Counted from the first letter of the stretch, positions 9,112-19,232 are shown. The stretch is DNA of 64,000 nucleotides from Candidatus Bathyarchaeota archaeon (GCA_963707955.1 OY970176.1:1408001-1472000); one strand, 5' to 3'. Numbers and translations: made by a program. The notes: generated from the sequence alone by a model not told the origin.

Positions 9112-9774
9112 CTACAGTGCGTGTGCGCATTCGATGACGCTTAAGCTTCCGCTTCTCCCCAGTCGCAACTGCCGTTCACCGCTGAACCAAGCTACTTTGC
9201 CATTCTTGACATCAATTACGTCGCCCTCATGCACCGTGTCGATCTGCTGGTTCCATAAACTCATTTTCATCGAACCAGTTTCGTCTCTGATAAGTGCGTT
9301 TGATACACAAGCAGTTGTTCCATATCTCGTTTGGACGATTCTAGATTTCGGAATTTCAAGCACCTTTGCTTTAAGACTGATCTTCTTCATTCCAACTTTC
9401 AAGTCACCAATTTTAGAGTTAGCACCCTCAAAATTCTTAAATGAGGAAACTCTGGCCAAAATTGCTTCCGTAAAGCTTTCGAGCTGATCCTTTCCTCGCA
9501 GGATGGCAATCGATATCGGAAATTGAGCTACAACCTTTCGCTCGTTGGTAAAGAGAAAATTCGCTGAATTCTTCTTCCTCTTGCGACATTTCACAACCAA
9601 CTGCTTACATTCTGACCCGTCGTTATTCCAAGCTTCCACGATACAATTGAAAAATTCACTCGAATCAACCTTATGCAACACCGCAATTCTCGCAAGGTAC
9701 TCCAGAATCCGTCCATCTTTGTATGAAATGCTGTTAAGAGGCCTGCCTCTACCTCTCCAAATTTGTCTAGCCAT
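9112..9774 (-). CDS. OB-fold (SSB/RPA-like) protein with unknown N-terminal domain
   Basis: C-terminal KIGDLKVGMK...IRDETGSMKMSLWN...GDVIDVKNG...QLRLGRSG is typical of a crenarchaeal SSB OB fold; 10 bp from tbp. Confidence 0.8.
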   Translation of the reverse strand: MARQIWRGRGRPLNSISYKDGRILEYLARIAVLHKVDSSEFFNCIVEAWNNDGSECKQLVVKCRKRKKNSANFLFTNERKVVAQFPISIAILRGKDQLESFTEAILARVSSFKNFEGANSKIGDLKVGMKKISLKAKVLEIPKSRIVQTRYGTTACVSNALIRDETGSMKMSLWNQQIDTVHEGDVIDVKNGKVAWFSGERQLRLGRSGSLSVIECAHAL

Positions 9775-9944
9775 CTAACTTGTTTCCACTCTGCTTTTTT
9801 TCACTCGACAAATCCATCGCTAAAATAATAGATCTGGAATGTGCATCTCACTATTCTCAACATCACTTATATAGCTTAGCTGCTAGGCCTACCTGTCTAT
9901 AGTTGTTGAAGTCGTCTGAGGTACGCCCTAACGTTTAGCGCGTT

Positions 9945-10074
9945 CTAGCTGAGCAGTTCGACTCTTGCTCCTATTGCTTGTCCAAGTGTGCCTTTGTGGA
10001 ATTTGGCTGTGACAACGCTTTTCTTGCCGTGCAAGCCCATAATTTTGCCGATGAAGCTGTTCTGTCCATACTAA
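9945..10074 (-). pseudogene. rpl35ae: C-terminal fragment of ribosomal protein L35Ae
   Basis: (LVW, frameshift) GQNSFIGKIMGLHGKKSVVTAKFHKGTLGQAIGARVELLS* resembles the L35Ae GKI...HG..G.V.ARF...LPGQA.G motif; starts at a (CG)n tract. Confidence 0.7.
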
Positions 10075-10188
10075 CGCGCGCTCCAGACCATAAAAAGACT
10101 CGGGCACCTAACACTCAGGCAGTAGCCAAGAAAAGGTTTCTCCTTCTCTGCACTCACTTCTTTGCTTCAATCGAATGTCCAAGGGTTT

Positions 10189-10330
10189 AAACGCGAATTT
10201 GCAGAGTATTTGGGCGCAAAGCATGCAATTTGTATCTCAAACGGCACAGTATCCCTTGAAATAGCTCTGTTAGCTATGGGTGTAGGTAAGAGTGATGAGG
10301 TCATCACTTCGCCTTGTGCATTCGGTGTCG
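10189..10330 (+). pseudogene. internal fragment of a DegT/DnrJ/EryC1 aminotransferase
   Basis: FAEYLGAKHAICISNGTVSLEIALLAMGVGKSDEVITSP; no start and no C-terminus. Confidence 0.8.
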
Positions 10331-10459
10331 TTCCAATAAGGTGTGTGTTAAAAAAATCTTCACTGCAGTACACTACAACTAGGGATTAACAAAACGCGCA
10401 TGCTCATTTTTGCAACAACTTGCAAGAGATCATGATTTGACTGAATGTGTATGCGTCAG

Positions 10460-10600
10460 CTAATGAAGTTGATAGTTTATTTTTCCTTTTTCATTCACTT
10501 TAGATATGATTATGGTGAATTGTGCACCTTTGCCAGGAATGACATTTTCTTGTATGGTCCAACCGTAAAATTCCGTAATCTGGATCAGGTAAAGTCCGTA
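10460..10600 (-). pseudogene. C-terminal fragment of a sensor histidine kinase (HATPase_c)
   Basis: YGLYLIQITEFYGWTIQENVIPGKGAQFTIII covers the G2-G3 box region; begins 6 bp from a (GC)5 tract. Confidence 0.75.
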
Positions 10601-10684
10601 GTCTGAGCGCGCGCGCTAAATTGAAAAGGTGACAAAACTTCTATATATGTTAGGTGTCTAAGCTTGAACTAGCGGAGATCGAAT

Positions 10685-10909
10685 ATGAAACCTGAGCATT
10701 ATAAACCGATAAGGAAAGAAAAGCCCAAACGAAAGGGCAAGATTAGTGCGCGCAAGAGTCGAATGCTTGCAGAGGCTCAAGAATGGAAACCCATCACTTC
10801 TCCACAATTGCGTGAGGCTTACTCTGCTAAAATAGAATGGGTAAGGAAGCTAATTCCCAAATTGAAAAGAGAAGCAGAAGTGCCGGAAGAAAAAAAAGAG
10901 CTTAGATAA
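10685..10909 (+). CDS. basic hypothetical protein (74 aa)
   Basis: TATATA box at ~10642, GGAGA SD-like site, K/R-rich. Confidence 0.65.
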   Translation: MKPEHYKPIRKEKPKRKGKISARKSRMLAEAQEWKPITSPQLREAYSAKIEWVRKLIPKLKREAEVPEEKKELR

Positions 10910-11031
10910 GCGCACGCGCGCGCTTTTTACGTTTCGCTTAATTATCCTAATGTTGTTTATCCTAATGTTGTTCTTTTCCTAAGAACTATCGGAAGTACCA
11001 AATCGTGAATTACCATTCTGCTCATTTGAAA

Positions 11032-11259
11032 TCACTCCATCTTAACTTTAAGAATCCATTTTCCTTTAGGACTGCCGTCTAAATCGACTCCTCTGCCCTT
11101 TAACACTTTAAATTCGCCCTGTTTCAAACCTAAATTTTGCATGGCGAATTCTGTTGCTTGTTTAATCGTACAGAATCCAGCTGGTTTCTTTGCCTCAGTC
11201 TCTGTAAATCCCCATTCTGGCGGAACTAAACTGCCTATTTGCAAAACTTTTAATCTCAT
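11032..11259 (-). CDS. hypothetical protein (75 aa)
   Basis: ATG with GGAGG SD. Confidence 0.6.
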   Translation of the reverse strand: MRLKVLQIGSLVPPEWGFTETEAKKPAGFCTIKQATEFAMQNLGLKQGEFKVLKGRGVDLDGSPKGKWILKVKME

Positions 11260-11485
11260 TCCTCTTTAACCTCCTCAAGGGAAATAGCAGAACAGTCTAT
11301 GAATCGACAGTCTCGTCACTTCATGTCTTCGCTCCAGCTATTATAGAATGGAAATCGCTGTTAAAGCTTGCTTATCCCTTTAAGAAATCTTCTTCAAGCC
11401 AATTTTATGTATCAGAGAAAAATAGGGAAAGTTACGTTATAACCATTCTCCCAATCAATAATAACTCAACAATTTAGTAATAGAG

Positions 11486-11566
11486 TTACTTCTTTTCCTC
11501 TGGCTTTTTCTCTGCGGGTTTCTTTTCCTCTTTTTTCTCTTCCTTCTTCTTTCGCTTCAAGGGCAT
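11486..11566 (-). CDS. 26-aa Lys/Glu microprotein (MPLKRKKKEEKKEEKKPAEKKPEEKK)
   Basis: ATG preceded by strong SD GGGGTGAT; directly downstream of the Cren7-like gene. Confidence 0.65.
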   Translation of the reverse strand: MPLKRKKKEEKKEEKKPAEKKPEEKK

Positions 11567-11606
11567 GTCAATCACCCCCACTTAGTTTGTTATTGGCTCA
11601 TGGATG

Positions 11607-11777
11607 TCAGATCTTTTGTTTGCTCAACGCAACTCTAAATGGTTTCTTGCATTGTGAGCAATCGAAAAGACCGATCTCCATCTGCATCCTCTTGCCCGTT
11701 TTGTCAGGTCGACCAGCCATCGTCCATCTTTTCTTTGGCGAACTCACTTCGGTTCCACACTTTGGACATTTAGCCAT
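11607..11777 (-). CDS. Cren7-like chromatin protein with zinc ribbon
   Basis: MAKCPKCGTEVSSPKKRWTMAG...IGLFDCSQCKKPFR matches the Cren7 P.K.W...IGLF...K.FR pattern; GGAGG SD. Confidence 0.8.
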   Translation of the reverse strand: MAKCPKCGTEVSSPKKRWTMAGRPDKTGKRMQMEIGLFDCSQCKKPFRVALSKQKI

Positions 11778-11899
11778 AACGTTTCCTCCATTACCAGTCA
11801 TCATGTCGTTGTAAACCGAATGAATAAAGGGTTTATGATGCTTTTAGTCCGTTCTTGCTCTGTCATTCTTTCACTTTCCATTTCCGGTCGAGTTCTCAA

Positions 11900-11947
11900 T
11901 CATTTCTTTGTGTGCTTTTTCTTGCTCTTCTTTTTCTTCTTGCCCAA
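11900..11947 (-). CDS. 15-aa poly-Lys peptide (MGKKKKKSKKKHTKK)
   Basis: TTG with GGAGG SD and a TTTTATATA box ~60 bp upstream; very short, so uncertain. Confidence 0.45.
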   Translation of the reverse strand: MGKKKKKSKKKHTKK

Positions 11948-12295
11948 AAGCCTCCCCCCGCGCTAAATCGCGTAATTCGTTCCTGTGTAATGTAATCAGG
12001 TCATATATAAAAAATATCAAATCAAAAACGTTATTATTGGTTTTACCACCACTGCTTCAAAATTCTCAACTGCTTCTGGTTGACCTACAAACACGCGCGC
12101 GCCCCGCCGAGACCCGCGCCCGAAAGAACAGGGCATGCTGCTTAACACTCTTCGCAACAAAGATGACTGCCAAGCGCGCATGCATGTTCCTAAAATGACT
12201 TTATGAAAGACGTCTGATATGTATTGCGTGGACTGGCTAGTCTTTGACTATGGTCCGTGCGACCGGTAAAATGACTGGACGATGCCCGTGAGCTG

Positions 12296-12645
12296 CTAGA
12301 TGACGCCGTGAAGATTGCCGAGGAGATTGTTGAGGTGATGCAGCCTGACATGGAAACCCGTTTCAAAGTCTGCTCAGGATACGTTCTCTCCAGCATACGT
12401 AGACACCTGCGAAACCAAGGATTTAACGTGGAAGAAGTGGAAATCAGAGGCGAACTCCAAGCGATGGTTGCGCTAAGCTACGTAAGATGGTGCCGGCAGA
12501 AAGACTGGAAGACGAGAGACGCTTCTGGGCGCTTTTAGAATGGGTTGCGGAAAAACCCAAAATCAGAGAAAAACTCGTAAAAACAGGGTGGAAAAGCTGG
12601 CGTGAAAAGTGGCGAGAGCATGCTTTTAAGATGGCTAGAAAATAA
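12296..12645 (+). pseudogene. degraded C-terminal fragment of a hypothetical protein
   Basis: Protein-like pieces in two frames (...FKVCSGYVLS...; EWVAEKPKIREKLVKTGWKSW); no credible start. Confidence 0.45.
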
Positions 12646-12728
12646 CGTTGGAAAATATTTCGGAAGACTATCTGCTTTCTAGGGGAATAAAATTAGGCAG
12701 GTCAATGTGGAAAAAACACTAAAAAGTC

Positions 12729-12956
12729 TTATTTGACTATTTCAGCGTTTGCGGCGCTACGGCCTATCCTCGTGATCCTTATTTTAACATGGTCTCTAGG
12801 CTTTGCGTTGGCAACGAATATTACGAAACCTTGGATTCTGGCTATGTCTTCCCCTTGGCGGCTCGTCTCCGTTATGTCCACTTCGTATTCCTTGCCCATC
12901 TCAACTGGGCAAGGCTTAAAGTCCCCACCATAACCGCGTCTTCTCTCATAACTCAT
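12729..12956 (-). CDS. single TRAM-domain RNA-binding protein
   Basis: PVEMGKEYEVDITETSRQGEDIARIQGFVIFVANAKPRDHVKIRIT; GGAGG SD; two usually conserved Gly are substituted. Confidence 0.85.
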   Translation of the reverse strand: MSYERRRGYGGDFKPCPVEMGKEYEVDITETSRQGEDIARIQGFVIFVANAKPRDHVKIRITRIGRSAANAEIVK

Positions 12957-13145
12957 AGGGCATCTTCCTCCTTTCACATTTGTGATGATAATGCTCACTT
13001 TAAGACTTTAAGTGTTCGCGCGCGTCATGAGACACCTAGAGAACTTGATGAGGCTTTGGATAAAGCTGATGCCTATATCTTGGGAGCTCCATTGTACTGT
13101 TTGGAGGTAAATGGTTTAACCAGGACTGAAGGAACGGGGATAAAC

Positions 13146-13439
13146 ATGATATCGTCTAAGGCGAAAAATCGAATGAAACGTGAGCTAAGCTTGGAGAAGC
13201 CAACAATATGGGTTGGTAAGGAGGGAGCGTCGCCGCAGACGGTGAATGAGATTTCTAGGCAGTTGGAGAAAAGGAAAATAGTGAAAGTTCAAATATTGAA
13301 AAACGCGCTTAAGGATGAGAGCGCCAAAGACATCGCGTCAAAAACAGCTCAGCAAACGGCATCCACCCTAATCGATGTTCGAGGACACACTTTCATACTG
13401 CATAAGCCTCGCAAAAAGAGAAGTGAAAAGCCTCTGTGA
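13146..13439 (+). CDS. YhbY/CRM-domain RNA-binding protein
   Basis: KPTIWVGKEG, IVKVQIL, DVRGHTFIL; real start at ATG 13146, not 12789. Confidence 0.88.
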   Translation: MISSKAKNRMKRELSLEKPTIWVGKEGASPQTVNEISRQLEKRKIVKVQILKNALKDESAKDIASKTAQQTASTLIDVRGHTFILHKPRKKRSEKPL

Positions 13440-13742
13440 GAGGACCGTTTAGAGGTTTTGAAAGGGATGAGATTGGAATAATCTTGTTGAGGAAGGTTCA
13501 AAAACACCCATTTCCTTCATGCCTTTAACCTTGCTTTCATGAACCTACCTCTGTCAAGAGATCCTAAAATGGCTGACGCATCCATTGACAAAGACGCGCG
13601 CGGAGCTGCGTGGACCTTGTATGCATGTCAGCACATGCCTTATTTGTATTGAAGTTTCAGGGTCACTTTAATGGTCCTCTACTTATATTGGGAGAAAGGA
13701 TTAGTGCTTCTATCAGAAATATATTTAGTGGAGCGTTGAAGA

Positions 13743-15911
13743 TTGAGCGAAGTTCAGCTGAGAGTTCTGGATTCCAGACAGAGAGATGTGGCAAGAGGAA
13801 TCGCTAGAATAGACCAGACCACAATGCAAAAGTTAGGAGTTTCATCTGGAGACGTAATAGAGTTCTCAGGGAAGAAAAAGACGTCGGCGATCGCTTGGCC
13901 AGCGTACTCTGAAGAACAGGATCCAAGCATTATGCGAATCGATGGGTTCTTACGTAAAAATGCCGGCGTATCAATAAACGAGTACGTTGTAGTTCGCAAG
14001 GCTGAAGTTAAAAATGCTATGAGCATAGTGCTTGCTCCAGTGGATATGCGATTTAACTTTGACGAAGACTTTGCAAATTTTGTGAAGAACAGACTTATGG
14101 ATAGGACGTTTGTTGAGGGAGACACGACGCTCGTTATGATGCTTGGTCATTCCGTTCAATTCACTGTTGCGAAGATGCAGCCCCACGGAATAGTCAAGAT
14201 GACTCACGATACTAGATTGCAGATATTGACTGAACCTGTTGCGGAAGCTGAAGTTGTGCCACGTACCACCTATGAGGACTTAGGAGGGTTGGAGGAGGAG
14301 ATTCAACGGATAAGGGAGATGGTTGAACTTCCAATGGAGCATCCCGAGATTTTCCAGAGGCTTGGAATAGATCCTCCGAAAGGGGTTCTACTGATCGGTC
14401 CACCCGGCTGCGGAAAGACACTCCTAGCTAGAGCAGTAGCGAATGAGTCTGGTGCAAACTTTTTCTCAATAAACGGGCCTGAGATAATAAGTAAGTTCTA
14501 TGGGGAGTCGGAGGCGAGGCTTCGAGAAATATTTCAACAGGCCCAACAGAACGCTCCGAGCATTATACTCATAGACGAGCTGGACTCCATAGCGCCCAAA
14601 CGTGAGGAGGTTACAGGTGAAGTGGAGAGAAGGGTTGTCGCTCAGCTTCTAGCTCTCATGGACGGATTGTCTGGTAGAGGAAATGTCATAGTAATAGGTG
14701 TAACGAACAGGCCGAATGCCTTGGATCCAGCTCTCAGGAGGCCTGGGAGGTTTGACCGCGAGATAGAGATAGGGATCCCAGACAAGCGGGGGCGTCATGA
14801 AATATTGTTGATTCATAGCAGAGGCATGCCCCTAGCCGGTGATGTTGACTTAAAGGTGCTTGCTGAGCGGGCGCACGGTTACACGGGTGCCGACTTGGCC
14901 GCCCTGTGTAGAGAGACAGCTATGAAAGCTCTACGTAGGTATCTTCCCGAGATAAATCTGGAGGAAGAGCGAATACCTTCCTGCGTCCTGGAGAAGATGG
15001 AGGTTCGGATGGATGATTTCATGAACGCCTTCAAGGAGATTACGCCTACAGTCATGAGGGAGGTTGCTGTGGAAGTCCCGGTTGTTCATTGGGATGAAGT
15101 GGGAGGCTTGGAGGAGGTTAAAGAGGAGTTAAAGGAGGCTGTTGAGTGGCCGCTGAAGAATCCTGAAGTCTTCAAGAGATTGGGGATTCAGCCGCCTAAG
15201 GGTATACTGTTAATAGGTCCGCCCGGTTGTGGGAAGACGATGCTGGCCAGGGCTGTTGCAACTGAGAGCGAGGCAAACTTCATCTCGATTAAGGGTCCGG
15301 AGGTCTTTTCTAAGTGGGTTGGCGAGTCTGAAAGGGCTGTTCGAGAGGTCTTCAGGAAGGCTAGAATGGCTTCGCCAGCCGTCATATTCTTCGATGAGAT
15401 TGACTCTCTTGCCCCAAGGAGGAGGCTGGGTTACGGCGACAGCGGCGTAACTGAACGCGTCATCAGCCAGCTTTTAACAGAAATGGATGGAATGATACGC
15501 TCAGAAGACATCATATTCTTAGCTGCGACAAATAGGCCCGACATCATCGACCCAGCCGCATTAAGGCCAGGCAGATTCGATCGGCTGATATATGTTCCAG
15601 AACCTGACGAAGCTGCCAGGCTTGAAATCTTTAAGATTCACACGAAGAACATGCCACTATCAAAGGATGTGGACATAAAGGAGCATCGCATAACGAAAGG
15701 TTACTCCGGCGCCGATATATCATCCGTGTGCAGAGAGGCCGCCATGAACGCTTTGAAAAGAGACATCAACGCAAAAGAGGTCACCTTCAGCGATTTTGAG
15801 AAAGCTATGGAGAAGGTTCCACCAAGCATACCGCCAGAAATTGAGAATTGGTACAGGAGCTTCATGAATCAGGTTCGAAGGATGCAGAAACCTACGCCTC
15901 TTATAGTGTAA
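13743..15911 (+). CDS. cdc48: CDC48/VAT family AAA+ ATPase
   Basis: N-domain plus two AAA modules (GPPGCGKT x2, RPGRFDR x2). Confidence 0.97.
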   Translation: MSEVQLRVLDSRQRDVARGIARIDQTTMQKLGVSSGDVIEFSGKKKTSAIAWPAYSEEQDPSIMRIDGFLRKNAGVSINEYVVVRKAEVKNAMSIVLAPVDMRFNFDEDFANFVKNRLMDRTFVEGDTTLVMMLGHSVQFTVAKMQPHGIVKMTHDTRLQILTEPVAEAEVVPRTTYEDLGGLEEEIQRIREMVELPMEHPEIFQRLGIDPPKGVLLIGPPGCGKTLLARAVANESGANFFSINGPEIISKFYGESEARLREIFQQAQQNAPSIILIDELDSIAPKREEVTGEVERRVVAQLLALMDGLSGRGNVIVIGVTNRPNALDPALRRPGRFDREIEIGIPDKRGRHEILLIHSRGMPLAGDVDLKVLAERAHGYTGADLAALCRETAMKALRRYLPEINLEEERIPSCVLEKMEVRMDDFMNAFKEITPTVMREVAVEVPVVHWDEVGGLEEVKEELKEAVEWPLKNPEVFKRLGIQPPKGILLIGPPGCGKTMLARAVATESEANFISIKGPEVFSKWVGESERAVREVFRKARMASPAVIFFDEIDSLAPRRRLGYGDSGVTERVISQLLTEMDGMIRSEDIIFLAATNRPDIIDPAALRPGRFDRLIYVPEPDEAARLEIFKIHTKNMPLSKDVDIKEHRITKGYSGADISSVCREAAMNALKRDINAKEVTFSDFEKAMEKVPPSIPPEIENWYRSFMNQVRRMQKPTPLIV

Positions 15912-16033
15912 TCCCAGAAGCGACAGATAAACGTCAATTCACCCCTCTCTCTAGTCAACCTTTTTGATTCGCGCGCGCGGAAAACCGTGCGAAACACGCA
16001 CGTCCGTTCTTCCTCCTCGCTCTTGATTTCTGT

Positions 16034-17386
16034 TTAGATTTTGTCCTTTGATAGTTTTGCGATAAAGAAGCCGTTGCATTTGTGAGTGTGAGGATAGAGC
16101 CTTTGACATTTTTCTAATCCTCTCAGTCCGGACGAGCCTATTCTTGGCGTTATTTCGCTCAATGAAAGCTCGGGATGCCATTTCAGGAATTTTTCAATGA
16201 TCATTTCATTCTCTTCGGCTGTTACACTGCATGTAGAATAGATTAATACGCCTCCTGACTTTACCTTATCTGCGCAGTTGTTCAGCATTTGCCATTGAAT
16301 TTCAGCCATTCGCTCAATCGACCTGGGGGTAAGCCGCCATTTGGCTGAAGGCACTTTTCCGAAGGTGCCTGTGCCCGTGCATGGTGGATCTAAAACTATG
16401 ATGTCTGCCTCTTCCGTGAACGGTAATGGGGTACGTGCATCTGCAATGATTGGTTCGGCGATCTCTACACCCATGTGTACAATTTGGCTTTTCCAGACGG
16501 TGATTCTGCGCTTTGAGTAATCTATGGAGAGGATGCTGCCGCGGTTCTGCATTAACTGGGCCAGATAGGTGGTTTTTGCTCCTGGGGCCGCACAAACATC
16601 TAAGACGGTCATTCTAGGTTGTGGGTTTGCGGTTTCTACTGTGAAGCAGCTTGCCTTGTCTTCAACGTAGAATAGGCCTTCCTTGAAGCTTGATGCTCTG
16701 GTTACAGGTTGTTTTGCTGCTGCGACTTTGTACGTGTAGCGCAACTGTTCAACCTTCTCAAGTCTAACGCCTTCTTCAGAGAGTCTTTCAAGAATTTGCT
16801 TTTCCTCAGCTTTGAGGGTGTTCAGTCTAAGATAAGTTGGCGGCGGTTGCGCATTTGCTTCTAGCATGGCAATAGTTTGGTTTCTGCCGAATAGTTTGAA
16901 GCAGTATTTTACGAACCACGTTGGATGGAAAGTTTGAAGTCCAACCTGTTCCTCGCCACCTGCACCTGCAAACACCATTGCAGGCCGTTGGGTCAATAGC
17001 ATGCCTAGGAAGGGCTCTACTTTAATTAGCGTTTTCCATCCTAGAATGCTGCGTGCCAGTTTAGCTATGCTCCCAGCTTCTTTGAGGTTCGGACTGAACC
17101 AGTTTTTAGCCATTCGCATTTGATAAACATAAAGTCGCAGGAACGCCTGCACGCCCAAACTGCATTCGTTGATTGTCGCAGGTTTCATGGTGCCATTTAT
17201 GAATTTGTCTATGAAGTTTTGCCGGCGAACAGTTTCAGAAACAAGCATATGAGCTAATCTTAAAGAGTCATGGTCTTCTATGCCTAGCTGTTTAACCGTT
17301 CTCGCGAAGGCTAAAGGCTCACTTAATCTTCGCATTTCCATCCAGCTCAGAGTTTCAATGGCAAGCGTCCAAGCTTCTTTGAGCAA
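16034..17386 (-). CDS. RsmB/NOP2 family RNA m5C methyltransferase
   Basis: LDVCAAPGAKT, LDPPCTGTG, YSTCS, GFFIAKL. Confidence 0.93.
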   Translation of the reverse strand: MLKEAWTLAIETLSWMEMRRLSEPLAFARTVKQLGIEDHDSLRLAHMLVSETVRRQNFIDKFINGTMKPATINECSLGVQAFLRLYVYQMRMAKNWFSPNLKEAGSIAKLARSILGWKTLIKVEPFLGMLLTQRPAMVFAGAGGEEQVGLQTFHPTWFVKYCFKLFGRNQTIAMLEANAQPPPTYLRLNTLKAEEKQILERLSEEGVRLEKVEQLRYTYKVAAAKQPVTRASSFKEGLFYVEDKASCFTVETANPQPRMTVLDVCAAPGAKTTYLAQLMQNRGSILSIDYSKRRITVWKSQIVHMGVEIAEPIIADARTPLPFTEEADIIVLDPPCTGTGTFGKVPSAKWRLTPRSIERMAEIQWQMLNNCADKVKSGGVLIYSTCSVTAEENEMIIEKFLKWHPELSLSEITPRIGSSGLRGLEKCQRLYPHTHKCNGFFIAKLSKDKI

Positions 17387-17557
17387 ACGCGTTCACACAC
17401 CGATGACAAAGGCGAGGACGTAGATAAAAAGCGCGCGCGCTATGTCCGGATAAGCTGGGTCGGAAAGGCTGTTAGCGTAGACCGAGCGAGCGAGTTCAAC
17501 ATGGACATCTTAATTCCGCCGCAAATTTGTCCTTTCATTACTTTTCTTGACGAACAG

Positions 17558-17683
17558 TCATAATGAGTCACTCAAACACTCAGCCCCACCAGCCTCAGAC
17601 AGCAGATCCAGAATCCCCACATCAACCTCGTCGACACAAGCAATCCTCCCAAACATCGTCCTTTTAAAATGGGATAGGCCCTT
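17558..17683 (-). pseudogene. possible fragment of a wHTH-type hypothetical protein
   Basis: RIACVDEVDVGILDLLSEAG resembles the first helix of a wHTH; no clear start, early stop. Confidence 0.3.
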
Positions 17684-18141
17684 GCGCACTTTGAAAGAGG
17701 AAAAAGAGGGTTGCGCGGGAGCGCGCGTGGTTAGGAGGCGCGTTGCCTTGTCCCGAAATTATGTGTTGAAGTAGGTTCGTGAGACTGCCTTGTCGGTTCT
17801 CCCAATGTTTTCTGCTGCTTCTCTTGTTAGGACTAGACTAAGTATGCTGTAGTGAGAATAAAGGCGCCAGACGTTGTAAGGACGCTGCCTCCAGCAATAA
17901 ACAGTCCCCTTGATTATCTCTCCCATCTTGACGCGTGTGGGCTACTCATATCCAAAGAGTGCCATAAGACCCCTTTGATCTCCGGGCGGTCTCATCCAGC
18001 TTCTCACGCAATGTAGGTTCCGATCTAATAAGGGATGCATCCTCGTATATAGTATTTTTAAGGAGCGTGCTTGACTATCAACACGCTTATTAACAGCGCT
18101 ATAGCCTTGACCTAAGGGCGCTAATTTTGGAGCACAACGCT

Positions 18142-18219
18142 ATGAGCGAAGAGGAAGAAGAAATAGAGGAAGAAGAATGGGGCATTAGGTGTGGAACCAA
18201 GCTCTACGGAGCCCTATAG
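18142..18219 (+). CDS. 25-aa acidic microprotein (MSEEEEEIEEEEWGIRCGTKLYGAL), possibly truncated
   Basis: ATG with biased poly-Glu codons; directly upstream of the second Cren7-like gene. Confidence 0.35.
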   Translation: MSEEEEEIEEEEWGIRCGTKLYGAL

Positions 18220-18291
18220 ACGCGGAAACAACGCCTTGTTTTTAATACCCTGTTTTTTAATCTTAAAACCTTTGAAGGAGGTGACAGACAA

Positions 18292-18429
18292 ATGGCCAAG
18301 TGTCCGACCTGTGGAAAAGAAGTTGAAACGCCGATAAAGGAGTGGAATATGGGCAGGAACAAAAAGATACATGTTAAGCAGTACGAGTGTTGCGGGAAAA
18401 AGTTCCGTGAATATGGAAAGAAGGTTTAG
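18292..18429 (+). CDS. 45-aa Cren7-like zinc-ribbon protein (MAKCPTCGKEVETPIKEWNMGRNKKIHVKQYECCGKKFREYGKKV)
   Basis: Perfect SD GGAGGTGA; aligns by eye with the 11607-11777 product. Confidence 0.8.
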   Translation: MAKCPTCGKEVETPIKEWNMGRNKKIHVKQYECCGKKFREYGKKV

Positions 18430-18509
18430 GAGCTGCGCATGCTTTTCAGGAGAGCGCGCGCGAAGGGAGATTATGTCAAGGATAATGGTGAGAAAACGAG
18501 AATGTAGGC

Positions 18510-18663
18510 TTGCTAGGTTGTGGTAGAAGGCGTTCCATGCTTTCCTAACAACATCTAAAACCGGACTTAGCGCCATGTAAGGCATTTTTCTTGCAGCCAC
18601 AAGCTCCACTTTCGCTTCACGAAGATGCTGAAGAGCCCAACCCTCTGCGTAGCCACTCATCAT
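18510..18663 (-). pseudogene. N-terminal fragment of a HEPN-like helical protein
   Basis: GWALQHLREAKVELVAARK...VRKAWNAFY helical pattern, then runs antisense over the 18292 gene. Confidence 0.4.
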
Positions 18664-18703
18664 CTGTCTTCACTTCTATTTGGCTTCCAAAAAGTTGAAG
18701 CAC

Positions 18704-18946
18704 TTAATAAGATGACGCGCCTTTCTCCGTTTCCTCTAAAGTTTCTTCTGGCAATTCCTGCTCTTGCACAGCAAAACAACGTGTTATGTATCCAGCAATC
18801 AGGTTCCGAACCTTTGGCGTTCCACCAGTCACTAAACTGTTAACCGATTGCTTGTTCTTTTCAAAATCATTAGAAAACCTATCAGGAAAACGCCTGATAA
18901 GCTCCTTAGCCATTCGTTTGATGTGTTTTGTGCGCCCACTCCCCAA
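18704..18946 (-). CDS. rps17e: 30S ribosomal protein S17e
   Basis: RTKHIKRMAKEL, DFEKNK, KVRNLIAGYITR; GGAGG SD. Confidence 0.92.
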   Translation of the reverse strand: MGSGRTKHIKRMAKELIRRFPDRFSNDFEKNKQSVNSLVTGGTPKVRNLIAGYITRCFAVQEQELPEETLEETEKGASSY

Positions 18947-19232
18947 ACACATGTTCCTCCAAGCACATATCTGAACTATATTAGACCGCGCGCGCTATTA
19001 TCCTTATAAACTGAATTACGTTTCAATAATAATCGAGCATACATGTCCCAAATCATGTTGAATCCAACTCTCAATCGACGAATTAAGCCAAAATAGGCTC
19101 GGATTCATGGGAAAATCCCAATTAGTGGGAATTGAAAGATTCTGGTAATCCGTCAGCGCGCGCGCTCTCTGCGGAGGTTTAAACTTCGGCAGGGAGACTC
19201 TTAGAAGCTCGAAAAAATACTAGGGGGGTGGG

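Noticed and set aside
12789-13145. N-terminal extension of YhbY in the ORF track
   Set aside because: Overlaps the TRAM gene antisense; the CRM domain starts at ATG 13146.
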